From: Candidatus Latescibacterota bacterium
GTDB taxonomy: Bacteria; Latescibacterota; UBA2968; GCA-2709665
NCBI GenBank assembly: GCA_965237675.1
Contig: OZ250150.1
Span: 4,672,001 to 4,736,000, forward strand
Direction: 5' to 3'
DNA: 64,000 nt
In this document: in pieces, positions 21,308 through 31,117 of the stretch
Position numbering within the stretch: position 1 is the stretch's first letter
How the letters are laid out: the number at the start of each line of letters is the position of its first letter
The notes under the pieces: generated by a model
What the model was told of the DNA's origin: nothing
The model's database searches: none
The model's input: only the letters and a program-made list of their open reading frames with translations
Made by a program: the position numbers and the translations under genes

Positions 21308-21397
21308 CGCTCCCGACCTCCTGCCTTATAGGTTGTGTTTAGCTTCGTAGGCTACGGGTTCCTGGCGCAAGCCTTGTATAGGCACAGAGCTTGTTCT

Positions 21398-21808
21398 TTA
21401 CGTCCTTCCAGATAATCTCGCACCGATCCACGCCATAGGTATATAAGCGCCAACCAGGTCCACGACGGTAAACAGGACAGGTCCCCCTATCGTGAACACG
21501 TTGACGATACCGCCAATCATGAAGAGCCCGCCTACCACCATCGCTGATGCCAACCTGCAGCTTGCGGCGATGAGGGCGGCCAGATAGGCGCCCACAAGGG
21601 TCCCCAGCGCATGGGCCAGGAACGGGAAGATGAAATGCCTGAACTCGAACAGGTGCATGGACGACCTGATGGATTCCATATTGGTCACGTCGACACCATC
21701 CGGCGCTGGAATAACTACAGGCCCTGCCATGACCACAATCATATTTGCGATACTGCCCAAAACAAGACCGACGATGACGGCCAGGACGTTCTTCAGTTTG
21801 GGACTCAT
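21398..21808 (-). CDS. Small multi-TM membrane protein
   Basis: Hydrophobic helices; FPFLAHALGTLVGA. Confidence 0.75.
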   Translation of the reverse strand: MSPKLKNVLAVIVGLVLGSIANMIVVMAGPVVIPAPDGVDVTNMESIRSSMHLFEFRHFIFPFLAHALGTLVGAYLAALIAASCRLASAMVVGGLFMIGGIVNVFTIGGPVLFTVVDLVGAYIPMAWIGARLSGRT

Positions 21809-22035
21809 AAATCACCTCACCTGTTAAATGTTCGATTGCACTCGCTCTTCTTCACATCTTGACACGTTGTCACCTACCCGGAGATTCCGGATAACGAACC
21901 CGAATTCGTTCCTTAAGGCTATTTGATCGTCGCAATTCGCAACACATGCGAGGCACGGGGTTGCCGACAACAATGGCTCCGAAGGGCGGCCGTTTGCGCC
22001 CCCGTTGTTGGCCTCTGTGCACAGCGTGACCACGG

Positions 22036-22848
22036 CTAACCGAAGTGTTCTTCCAGCCATGCGACCGCAAAATCGGCCAGATCCGTCGCGTCGAACAGAT
22101 ACGAATCTGCGGCTCCAACCCGCCCCTCCGAGAAGCGTCCACGAGCCATATATGCTTTCGAGATGCACTGGAAATAGCTGCCATCGGGCCAGTCGGCGAT
22201 TCCTCCTGAAGTATCAAACTGCTCGAACGCTATCCATTCGCACTTGCCGTCGCGCAAGACCGGCCATCGATAGCGCTCAGTTCTCTTGTTGGGCACGTCA
22301 GCGATATGCTCTGCGTAGTGAAGAATGGTCAGGCTGTCGAACAGCGGTCCGAGCAGAAGTACTTTCCCCCCAACGTCGCACAGCTTCTCGAGGGGGGAAT
22401 CTACGCCGTAACCAAACTGAAGCGGATGATCTGACGTTAGCCATTCCGCCCTCGCGCCAACTGCCGCCACTCTTGCCTCGGGATGGTTGCTGCAATGCAC
22501 CCCGGGCCATGTGCGAAGGTACTCTGTAAGGATACTCCACCGACGATTGGCGCGAGTCCGGTACGGGTCAAACGGCGGGCACTCTGCCAGATAGGCTTTC
22601 TGCCAGTCCTCCGGCCAATCATCGATTTCGTTCAACGGTTCCTCACACTTAATGTACATCATCAAAGTCCCAGTTGAACCGAGCACGTCAAGGATCGACC
22701 GTAGCACCACGTTAGGCCCCCCGACGATCCAGCCGACCGCCTTGACGGAGGCATGCAGCATCACCGTGTCGCCAGAGGCAAGCCCCAGTTTCGACAAGTC
22801 GGATACCAAGCTGCTTCGTGTGATCACCGGCAGATTTGTGTTGGCCAC
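22036..22848 (-). CDS. AAC(3)/YokD family acetyltransferase, second copy
   Basis: About 33 aa differences out of 270 from 16401-17213 (hand count). Confidence 0.9.
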   Translation of the reverse strand: MANTNLPVITRSSLVSDLSKLGLASGDTVMLHASVKAVGWIVGGPNVVLRSILDVLGSTGTLMMYIKCEEPLNEIDDWPEDWQKAYLAECPPFDPYRTRANRRWSILTEYLRTWPGVHCSNHPEARVAAVGARAEWLTSDHPLQFGYGVDSPLEKLCDVGGKVLLLGPLFDSLTILHYAEHIADVPNKRTERYRWPVLRDGKCEWIAFEQFDTSGGIADWPDGSYFQCISKAYMARGRFSEGRVGAADSYLFDATDLADFAVAWLEEHFG

Positions 22849-22886
22849 GCTGTATGCCACCCTAGTCAGGGAAGAATATGCATTGC

Positions 22887-22956
22887 AGTTAACTTTCTCC
22901 GGTTCGCGAACGGAAATTTTAATTGTCGTTGAACTAAAAATTAGTTGACGTTAGTC
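22887..22956 (-). other. attC-like site
   Basis: AGTTAACtttctccggttcgcgaac...GTTAGTC. Confidence 0.6.
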
Positions 22957-22978
22957 ACTGGAGACCGATCAATGGGTT

Positions 22979-23419
22979 TCAGTCAGTCTTGATCGACACG
23001 TACTCTTCGTCGTCCATAGGCGCTTCAAACTGCGCTCGGAGGTTCTCAAAAGCTCGTTCGTTAATATAAAGGGAATCTTGCGACATCTCCGTGCGGGTGA
23101 GTACTCGATGGCGCATAACGTCCACCGAGCAACGCAGAAAATAGAGCTTCGATTGAACCCCGATTTCCTGAGCTTTGCGCCTGGCGAGATCGCGGTCAGC
23201 GCGGCGCCAAAAACCATGATCGAGAACCACATCCTGTCCCAGGGTGAGAAGACGAGACGCGAATTGCCAGACTAAATCCTCGACTCTGTGATAGTATGTT
23301 TGAAAACGTTCGCTGGGCGGATTTCGGCCATACAGTTTGACCATCCATTCGTCATGGCTGAAAAGTACGGCGGAATGAACTTGCTCCAACGATTTCGCAA
23401 AGGGTTTTGCCCGCTCCAA
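22979..23419 (-). pseudogene. AAA_33/P-loop kinase-like gene lacking the Walker A segment
   Basis: Paralogue of 49025-49498 (SHDEW, DVVLDHGFW) but no GxxGxGKT in frame. Confidence 0.6.
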
Positions 23420-23480
23420 TGAATCCGCAAAGCAAGTGCAGGGTAGTCATTGCAATTCGAATCGATAATTATGTGCTGTC

Positions 23481-23566
23481 GTCCAACTTTCCCGCGGGCT
23501 GCGAACCTGGCACAGGCAGGTTAGGTCGGAGGCCCAAATGGTCCGGAGCCAGCAATTGTGTATTGT
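23481..23566 (-). other. attC-like site (R'' degenerate)
   Basis: Near copy of 54472-54559: cccgcgggctgcgaacctg..caggtt..ggaggccc..ccggagcc. Confidence 0.7.
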
Positions 23567-23622
23567 GCGCTGTGCCAACCTGGAGCGGTTCAGGACGCAA
23601 GAATCAGACGAATTCCGATATG

Positions 23623-24249
23623 CTACCAGGCCCTTTGAAGAGTAATTTCACAGAACGGCTTCCCGCGCCGGCTCACAATATGCGCCGTGGAAACGTGCCT
23701 GAACCCGCCGGCGTGCTCTGCGATTTCCCTGAAAACACCTGGCGTGTGAAGCGACATGATCGGCAGGACCGCCTCAAGAGAAGTCACCCCTGAACTCGTC
23801 ATCTTTCCCTGTTCGGATTGTTGCTGCAGGAGCGCGACCAGGTGCCCGTTCGGAGCGAGATGCGCGGCAATTGTTGCCAGGGTTGTCTCCAGGTCCACGT
23901 ATTCGAAAAATAAGGCGCCATAAGCCAGATCGAAACGGCCTGCTTCACTGAAGCCTTCCGGAAAACTGCATTGTGCTGTTCGCAATGCTTTAAGCATCTC
24001 AAAGCGTTTTCGAAGGTATGCCAGATACTCGGGATTGACGTCCACAGCCAGAATATCGCTTAGGTGCGACGCACGAGCGGTCTCCAGCCCATTACCTAGA
24101 CCCGCACCCAGATACAGAAGCGATTTCGGGGCAAACCGTACCAGGCAATCCTCAAGATGTTTCCGGATCATCTCGCCCTGCCGGACCGTTTCATGTTCCA
24201 TGTGAATCTTGTAGTCAGCAACTGGAACATTCAGCCAGGGATTGTTCAC
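23623..24249 (-). CDS. SAM-dependent methyltransferase
   Basis: NPWL N-terminus, LGAGLGNGL, FEYVD. Confidence 0.78.
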   Translation of the reverse strand: MNNPWLNVPVADYKIHMEHETVRQGEMIRKHLEDCLVRFAPKSLLYLGAGLGNGLETARASHLSDILAVDVNPEYLAYLRKRFEMLKALRTAQCSFPEGFSEAGRFDLAYGALFFEYVDLETTLATIAAHLAPNGHLVALLQQQSEQGKMTSSGVTSLEAVLPIMSLHTPGVFREIAEHAGGFRHVSTAHIVSRRGKPFCEITLQRAW

Positions 24250-24339
24250 AATTATAGCCTGATATCGTCAATGTTGGACACGCGGTCCGACGTACGTTGG
24301 AATATCCAGGATGGCGAGGGATGGATATTCGCCGGTTTT

Positions 24340-24432
24340 GTATAACGTCCTACCAGTTTGCGAACGGGTCCAGCGAACTGCGGCAGTCGAGATCGGGACT
24401 ACCGCAACGTCGCCGGCAAACGGGCTTTAGTG
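24340..24432 (-). other. attC-like site
   Basis: GTATAACgtcctaccagtttgcgaac...ggcaaacggg. Confidence 0.6.
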
Positions 24433-24482
24433 AGGTGACAAAGGCGTGAACTGAGAGAAAATAGCCCGTGGTATGATGAAAA

Positions 24483-24869
24483 CTATCCGGGTCCAGGTCG
24501 CTCTTGAGTAAACCATCTGTGCTCAAATTCATGCCCGTCGCTGCCAAAATACTTGCCCTTGAATACATCGAGAGCTGCATCATACTGTGATATGATAAGG
24601 ACCGCATCGCTATTTGACGGTAGTGTCTCATCATCGAGAAGGTCGAGGAACTCAGCGGTTGCCTCATCCTTGAGAAGGTCCCTAATCCGTGTGAGTACTC
24701 GGTTAACCATCTTTACTTTCAACGCGTTCAGATTTCCATCCTGCTTCTTCTTGGAGAGCTCCTTGAGTTCAGTGCGGATTTTCCCGAGAAGAGGTACCAG
24801 CAGTTCGTAAATCTTTACCTCGTTCTCAGACGGTAGTTCTTTAGACTTCTTGCTTGCCCTCTTAGCCAT
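24483..24869 (-). CDS. Hypothetical protein, downstream partner of 24928-26298
   Basis: 128-aa ORF with GGAGG RBS. Confidence 0.7.
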   Translation of the reverse strand: MAKRASKKSKELPSENEVKIYELLVPLLGKIRTELKELSKKKQDGNLNALKVKMVNRVLTRIRDLLKDEATAEFLDLLDDETLPSNSDAVLIISQYDAALDVFKGKYFGSDGHEFEHRWFTQERPGPG

Positions 24870-24927
24870 GACTGAGCCTCCTTGTCAGTGCCGCCGGGAT
24901 GGTTTGTCCCCCTGCGTCAAACCAAGC

Positions 24928-26298
24928 TTAGCCGGGACACATCCTACTGAATTCAACGTATTTCTTCTTGAGGACCTCGATCGGGTTTCTTTGCTTGCTT
25001 TCGAAAACTTCGACCATCATACAAAGGTCAGAATCATCAAGAATAAGTATGCAGCGGCGCTGGCCAGCCCACAGATCAATTGTATTCCGCAAGATGTTCC
25101 TACTTGGTTTGTTCCTGGCCAATATTACGCCGAAGCGGCCGAATCCATCGATCATGTAGCGATTAAGCTGGTTTATGTGTTCACGCTTAACGCTTTGGAC
25201 GTTCTTCATTTCGACGACTATCTGCCGGCAGTCGTAAGCGTCGTAAATTTCCGCGAGGAAATCCGTACATCTGTTGTTATAGAAGATTAGATCGCGGATC
25301 AACACTCCGCTATGTGTACGGCTTTGCAGTTCCGCGAAGTCAAGGTGTGGGTAAAACAATGACGACAGAAGTTGGCTGCTTATGTCCTCGAATAGTCGAT
25401 CTGCTTTTCCCTCTAAACCGATCGGGAGCTTAGCGAGTTTCGACAGTCTCCTCTTCGCAGAAACGACTGGGATGGGCGTGAAGAGCGGGTCGTTCCGACA
25501 ATCAGCTTGCGTGCGCTCCTTGCTGGCAACGTACGCCTGTAACACATCGTAGTGTGTCCGATTGTAGGTGAGAACGGAGACGCGGTCTGTGCTGGATGCA
25601 TTCTTGTCGACTTGTTTAAGAAAGTATCCCCTGAAGTAATCATCATATTGAATCCAAGGACTGTACCTCAGCCAACGCCTAGGCACAAGGATGATGGGAT
25701 CCCTCGTTTCAGGGTTCAATGGGAGATTTGTTGTCTCTTCCTTCAGAACATTACTTTTGTAATCGTACACGCGTTGGCTGCACCCTTCGACTGGAATGCC
25801 GTATTGTTCACAAGACTGGATCGTATAGTCAATTAGAAATGATTTCAGGAACGTACTCGCTATGTCGCTGACGCGGTCCTTGGAGACGTTCTCCACCAAA
25901 AGCTGAATTTCCTCAAAGTGCAGAAAGCCGCATTCCCTTATCTGGGGAACGGAATCAAAAAGGCGGAGGATTTCCAGCGCCAGATCCGGACCCATTCGGT
26001 GACCCTTCCTTATGCGAGACGATCCCAAGCCAACCTCATTGCACTCCGATGCTGAAATTAGCAGTGCGACTGCCTTGTCGACGTCACCCCTTTTATACAT
26101 CAACCCAAGATAATTGAAGCTATTTACGATTGCCGTGTGCAATGAATTGTCTTGCAACGACGGTGACTTCCACAAAAGGAAAGGATCGATGAATAGTGGG
26201 ATGTCCTCATTTAGGAACGGTATCGCGAAATCGACCTCCTCCTGCGTGATCGGGAGGTCGTGGTAGTCGTTCAGTCTTGGTCTAATTATAGCCATCAA
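24928..26298 (-). CDS. Hypothetical protein with C-terminal PD-(D/E)xK-like nuclease motif
   Basis: DIPLFIDPFLL N-terminus; IRDLIFYN...VEMKN; lower GC than flanks. Confidence 0.7.
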   Translation of the reverse strand: MMAIIRPRLNDYHDLPITQEEVDFAIPFLNEDIPLFIDPFLLWKSPSLQDNSLHTAIVNSFNYLGLMYKRGDVDKAVALLISASECNEVGLGSSRIRKGHRMGPDLALEILRLFDSVPQIRECGFLHFEEIQLLVENVSKDRVSDIASTFLKSFLIDYTIQSCEQYGIPVEGCSQRVYDYKSNVLKEETTNLPLNPETRDPIILVPRRWLRYSPWIQYDDYFRGYFLKQVDKNASSTDRVSVLTYNRTHYDVLQAYVASKERTQADCRNDPLFTPIPVVSAKRRLSKLAKLPIGLEGKADRLFEDISSQLLSSLFYPHLDFAELQSRTHSGVLIRDLIFYNNRCTDFLAEIYDAYDCRQIVVEMKNVQSVKREHINQLNRYMIDGFGRFGVILARNKPSRNILRNTIDLWAGQRRCILILDDSDLCMMVEVFESKQRNPIEVLKKKYVEFSRMCPG

Positions 26299-27077
26299 GG
26301 TTGAATCCTAGAATTTAAGTGGGATCTGCGGTGCATTTAGCCTGAATAATTCACAAAAAAGGTAGTTTCCATACCCAAGTCATTGTATTATATTATGGTT
26401 ACGCAAATAACCTAATAACAATGAAACAGGAGGAAACTACCGTGGGAGTTCAAGATAAACATCACAGGTTGTCTTTCGCAAGTCTTTCTGGTAGGCAGGT
26501 AGAAGCCACGTTCGACGGGGGCGTGCTGACGACCGACGTCGGGGTGATGCTGCTTCGTGAGGTCGAGGCCAATGTCGGCATTTTGCATCGGATGGTTGCG
26601 GCGCTCACCGATCATCGACATCAAAGTTACGTACATCATTCGATGATGGACCTGATCAAACAACGTGTCTTTCAGATGGCCTGTGGGTATGAGGATGCGA
26701 ATGATTGCAAGACGTTACGCGAGGACCCCGGCTTCAAGGCGGCCTGTGATCGGTTGCCGTTGTCTGGCGCGGACCTGGCCAGTCAGCCCACGATGAGTCG
26801 GTTCGAGAACCGCATCAGCAGAACCGATTTGTATCGGATCGCCAAGGCCTTTGCGGATGTGTTTGTCGCCTCGTATGAGGAACCGCCGGAAGCCATTCTG
26901 TTGGACATCGATGACACCGAAGACAAGGTGCATGGGTCTCAACAGTTGTCGTTGTTCAATGCGTATTTCAATGGCTATTGCTACCAGCCCCTGCATATCT
27001 ATGAAGGCCAAACCGGCAAGTTGATCACGACGGTCTTGCGTCCTGGCAGGCGGCCTGCGGGTAAAGAGATCGTCACC

Positions 27078-28502
27078 GGGATTGTGCCTATCTTAGTTGA
27101 AATAGAAGAGGCTCCGATGTAAATTGGATACGGCAGTCTCGACGAAGAAGACCGTATCCTCAACCAAAGGAGCCTGTGATGAAAAAAGTACCGTCGAACC
27201 TCCGTGAAGTCAAGTCGAATAGGGATGCCGGGGTGACGTCTGGCGCCTTCCTGGGAGAAGCCCTGGAGGATGTTGACGTCCGTGTGGCATTGATCCAAGC
27301 GCTGATCCCGCTTGGTCTGGACGCTGTGGCAGAAATCTTGCAGCAAGAGGTTGCCGGGTTGACGGGCAAGAAACACAGTCGTAAAGCGGGCAAGACCCCG
27401 AATCGTCGGTGGGGCGCTCAACCGGGATCGGTGTATCTGTCGGATCAAAAAGTGCCCATTACGGTGCCCAGGGTGCGTGACGTGGAAGCCAATGAGGAAG
27501 TTCCTCTGGAGGTATATCACCACTTGCAGCGACCCAGAAACATGGACGGAGGGTTGCTGCTGCGCGTGGTCAGCGGCATTGCGACGCGTTCTTACGCCAG
27601 TTGCGCAGAGGCGATACCCGAGGCGTTTGGCTTGTCTTCATCGAGTGTCTCGAGGCGGTTCATCAGGGCATCGGCGGCCAAGCTGAGACAGTTTCAAGAA
27701 CGGTTTCTTTCGGGCTATGACCTGGTGGGGCTGTTTATGGATGGCAAGACCTTTGCCGATCAGGAAATGATCATCGCCCTTGGCGTGACCATCGACGGGC
27801 ACAAGATCCCGCTGGGGTTCGTGCAGGCCGCCAGCGAAAATGAGCGCGTGTGCCGCCAGTTTGTCGATTCGCTCATCGATCGCGGATTGCAGTATCACCA
27901 AGGGCTGCTTTGCCTCATCGACGGCTCAAAGGGCTTGTATAGTGCCCTCACAAAAGCCCTTTCCGGTTATGTCGCCATTCAACGCTGTCAGTGGCACAAA
28001 CGGGAGAACGTGATCGCCTATTTGCCCAAGACACAGCAGAGTGAGGTCAAGAAAGCGCTTCAAAGTGCCTACGACATGGACACCTACAAAGAAGCCAAAG
28101 CCGCGCTGTATGCCCTCAAGCCCTCCCTGACCCTGATGAATGCATCGGCCCTCAACAGCCTGGAGGAAGGGCTCGAAGAAACCCTCACCCTCCATCGCCT
28201 GGGACTGATGCCACAACTCAAGCAATCGTTTCGCACCACCAACTGCATCGAATCCCTCAACGCCATGATCGCACAGCGCACCCGTAATGTGAAACGATGG
28301 AACAACTCCGATCAGCGATATCGGTGGTTGGCAGCCGCGCTGTTGGATATCGAGCCCCGATTGCGGAGGATCAAAGGATACCGCTTTCTTCCCGTACTCA
28401 GACTTGCCCTACGCAATCATCTCGCGCTCGATCATGACACGCAAAACGCTTTCGCCGCTGATTGAACGCCTCTGCTATTTCAACTAATAATAGTACTTGC
28501 CC
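27078..28502 (+). mobile_element. IS256-family element
   Basis: TIRs GGGATTGTGCCTATCTTAGTTGAAATAG / CTATTTCAACTAATAATAGTACTTGCCC; 8-bp TSD TCGTCACC. Confidence 0.92.
27176..28465 (+). CDS. IS256 (mutator-type) DDE transposase
   Basis: FMDG, IDGSKG, QRCQWHK, TTNCIESLN. Confidence 0.92.
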   Translation: MMKKVPSNLREVKSNRDAGVTSGAFLGEALEDVDVRVALIQALIPLGLDAVAEILQQEVAGLTGKKHSRKAGKTPNRRWGAQPGSVYLSDQKVPITVPRVRDVEANEEVPLEVYHHLQRPRNMDGGLLLRVVSGIATRSYASCAEAIPEAFGLSSSSVSRRFIRASAAKLRQFQERFLSGYDLVGLFMDGKTFADQEMIIALGVTIDGHKIPLGFVQAASENERVCRQFVDSLIDRGLQYHQGLLCLIDGSKGLYSALTKALSGYVAIQRCQWHKRENVIAYLPKTQQSEVKKALQSAYDMDTYKEAKAALYALKPSLTLMNASALNSLEEGLEETLTLHRLGLMPQLKQSFRTTNCIESLNAMIAQRTRNVKRWNNSDQRYRWLAAALLDIEPRLRRIKGYRFLPVLRLALRNHLALDHDTQNAFAAD

Positions 28503-29561
28503 TCGTCACCATCCTCAAACGGGTGATCGCCTACCTGCGTAAAGCCTGGCCCGACGTGGAGATCCTGTTACGTGGCGATGCGCATTTTTCGTGTCCGGAA
28601 GTGCACGTGTTGTGTGAGGAAGAAGATGTGTATTTTGTCCTCGGACAGAACGGCAACGCCAAACTCCTGCGGAAGGCACAGTCCTTGATAGACCAGGCCA
28701 AAACGCGGTATGCCGATTCCGGAGAAACCGTGCGCCTTTATCGCTGTTGGGCCTATCAGGCCGGCACCTGGGCGTGTCCACAACGCATCGTCTGCAAGGC
28801 GGAAGTGACACCGCAAGGTGTCAATATCCGATTCGTGGTCACCAACCTGAAGCGCGCCCAACCGTCATTCATCTACAAAACCGCCTATTGCACACGCGGC
28901 AGGATGGAAAACTTCATCAAAAATCACAAGACCTTTCTCCATTCCGATCGCACCTCTTGTCACACCTTCCAGGCCAATCACTTCCGTCTCTTTCTCCACA
29001 GCGCCGCCTATGTCCTGATGCACAGCCTGGCTGCAATCGGATTGCGCGGCACGAAGTGGACCAACGCACAGTTCAATACCCTGCAAAATCGTCTCTTGAA
29101 AGTCGCCGGGCGCGTTTGTGAGTTGAAAACTAAAATCAAGTTCCATCTGCCAACGGCGTTTCCACTCAAACACCTTTATGGCAAGATCCTCTATAATCTG
29201 GCAACGGGTGTTCCATAACCCATCGACGTGCTGACCCCGCCTTCACATTTGCATCGACCACCACCAAAGGTCATGGAGAAGTCTGTGCGCTTGACACGGG
29301 CATCGAGGTCAACCTGACGTCACGAGGCAAAGCAGGCGCCGCCCAAACGGCTTGAACACGCCAAATCCGTCACAGCCCATGCGCTTTCGTTTCTTGTCTC
29401 ACTCGGAAGCTCTTTCTGCTTCCTTAAAATGCTCTATCTGACGATTCATGAATTAATCGGGCTAGCATAACATATCCGCCGGTTAAGTACCCGCCAAAGC
29501 ATGGCGTAGGTGAGTTGGTCTCAGACCACGGCCCGCAAACGACGCCGCCCAAGAGGACATT

Positions 29562-30035
29562 TCATGTTGCGGTCCCAGCGTTGGGGTAGTTGGGCTTAAG
29601 CTTCAACTCCGTGAAGTACGGAGTAAACCCAAGTTTTGACCAGAAAGACTGGCCCCGCGGGTTCGTTGAAACGACGTCGAGCGCCATTTCAAAACCTTCC
29701 GGAAAACGCTCTCGCGCAAGCATCGCGAAGGCCATTGTTCCAAGACCTCGCCCTCGGTGATGTCTCTCTATGTAGAATTGACGAAGATAAACAACTGTCT
29801 GGTCTTCGTCGTAGTAATCAGATCTTTGCTTATACACCGCGTAGCCAGCAATGCTGTTCGATTCCAGAAACACGTCAATCTGCCATTCGCCAGACTTCAG
29901 CCACGCCTTGAAGCGATCCTCCAGATCGGAAACTGAAAATGGATTCTCGCTACCTTGGTCTTCAACCAGCCGATCGTTCATCTGCGCCAGGAGATGAAGG
30001 TCGTCGGGAATGGCGGTTCTGAGCTTGATCGGCAT
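29562..30035 (-). CDS. GNAT acetyltransferase
   Basis: LRQFYIERHHRGRGLG; FWSKLGF. Confidence 0.88.
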   Translation of the reverse strand: MPIKLRTAIPDDLHLLAQMNDRLVEDQGSENPFSVSDLEDRFKAWLKSGEWQIDVFLESNSIAGYAVYKQRSDYYDEDQTVVYLRQFYIERHHRGRGLGTMAFAMLARERFPEGFEMALDVVSTNPRGQSFWSKLGFTPYFTELKLKPNYPNAGTAT

Positions 30036-30092
30036 TGTGGAAGCCTCTTATGTATCGGTCATGCGTTGATGCGACTTTCACGAAGCGAATGG

Positions 30093-30923
30093 TCAGGGCT
30101 GTCGACCATCGACGTCTCTAAATCCGTACTCTCGGGCCAAGTCGGGGACCTCCAGATATGGTTTCACGTCGACCTTGCTCATCACCTCCGCGTCCCCAGC
30201 CAAAGCTGCGATTGCCCTGCCCGAGTATAACGGTGTAAACGTCTTCTCCAGGTCCTCAGGTTTGGTGTTCTCATCGGGTTCCCATGTTCGCATGTATTGG
30301 TGTTCGTCGCCAAGCGACAGCAGGACAACTGCTATCCCGTTTTCTCGGCATTCCTCTGCCATTCCATGCGTCATTCTATATATCGCGGACTTGAACGTAT
30401 CATAGAACAGATTTGGGTGGAACTTGCTGTCCGGATTGATCCCACTGGTGGTGTTGACAATCAAACCGTGTCCCTGCTCCAGCATGATCGAAATTGCGCC
30501 CCGTGCAGCCGTCATATGGGATCTCAACCCGGCTCCGTACATGAGTTCCCACTGCCTCATTGGTAGTTCCCAGAATCGTTTTCGCCCCCAGAATCCATCG
30601 CCCATCTCGTAGCCGCCCCAGGCGTTGTTCACGAGCACATCCAGCCGACCTTGTTCTTTCTTTACTTGACTGAAGAGTCCTTCAACCTGCTCATCTTTCG
30701 TGTGATCTACCCGGACAGGAATCCCCTCGCCGCCCCGTTGAGTCACCGTTTCGGCCGTGTCTTCTATGGTTTCGCCCGGGATGTCCTTAGTCTGGTTCCC
30801 GCGGATGCTGCGTCCCGTCACATATACAATCGCGCCGGCCTCGCCAAGCGCGGTGGCAATGCCCTTCCCCCCACCGCGGCTTGCTCCAGTCACCACGGCT
30901 ACTCTGTTTGCCAAAGTCTTCAT
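30093..30923 (-). CDS. SDR oxidoreductase (DHRS1-like)
   Basis: TGASRGGGKG, LVNNAWGG, YxxxK (YDTFK). Confidence 0.9.
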   Translation of the reverse strand: MKTLANRVAVVTGASRGGGKGIATALGEAGAIVYVTGRSIRGNQTKDIPGETIEDTAETVTQRGGEGIPVRVDHTKDEQVEGLFSQVKKEQGRLDVLVNNAWGGYEMGDGFWGRKRFWELPMRQWELMYGAGLRSHMTAARGAISIMLEQGHGLIVNTTSGINPDSKFHPNLFYDTFKSAIYRMTHGMAEECRENGIAVVLLSLGDEHQYMRTWEPDENTKPEDLEKTFTPLYSGRAIAALAGDAEVMSKVDVKPYLEVPDLAREYGFRDVDGRQP

Positions 30924-31117
30924 CTTTCGGATTCCCTGTCCCCTGGTTGTACTGACGCATAACGATCAACTTTGCGGAAGCGGATCTGTCGGGGTCAATC
31001 TGTCATCCGCCGTTTTGGGACCCGTGAAGCATATCCGCCGCGAGAACCAGGTAGAATGCGGCCTGCAGCAATTTGCCGTCTGAACAAACAGTTTGACAGG
31101 AAATGGTCGCGGCAGAC

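Larger units (their letters stand above)
26421..29218 (+). pseudogene. IS1380 transposase split by IS256 at 27078
   Basis: The two halves match the 454-aa protein at 56183-57547. Confidence 0.92.
26341..29461 (+). mobile_element. IS1380-family element, copy 1, disrupted by IS256
   Basis: TIRs CCTGAATAATTCA / TGAATTAATCGGG; 3121-1425-8=1688 bp, equal to copy 2; flanks TTAG/CTAG. Confidence 0.92.
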
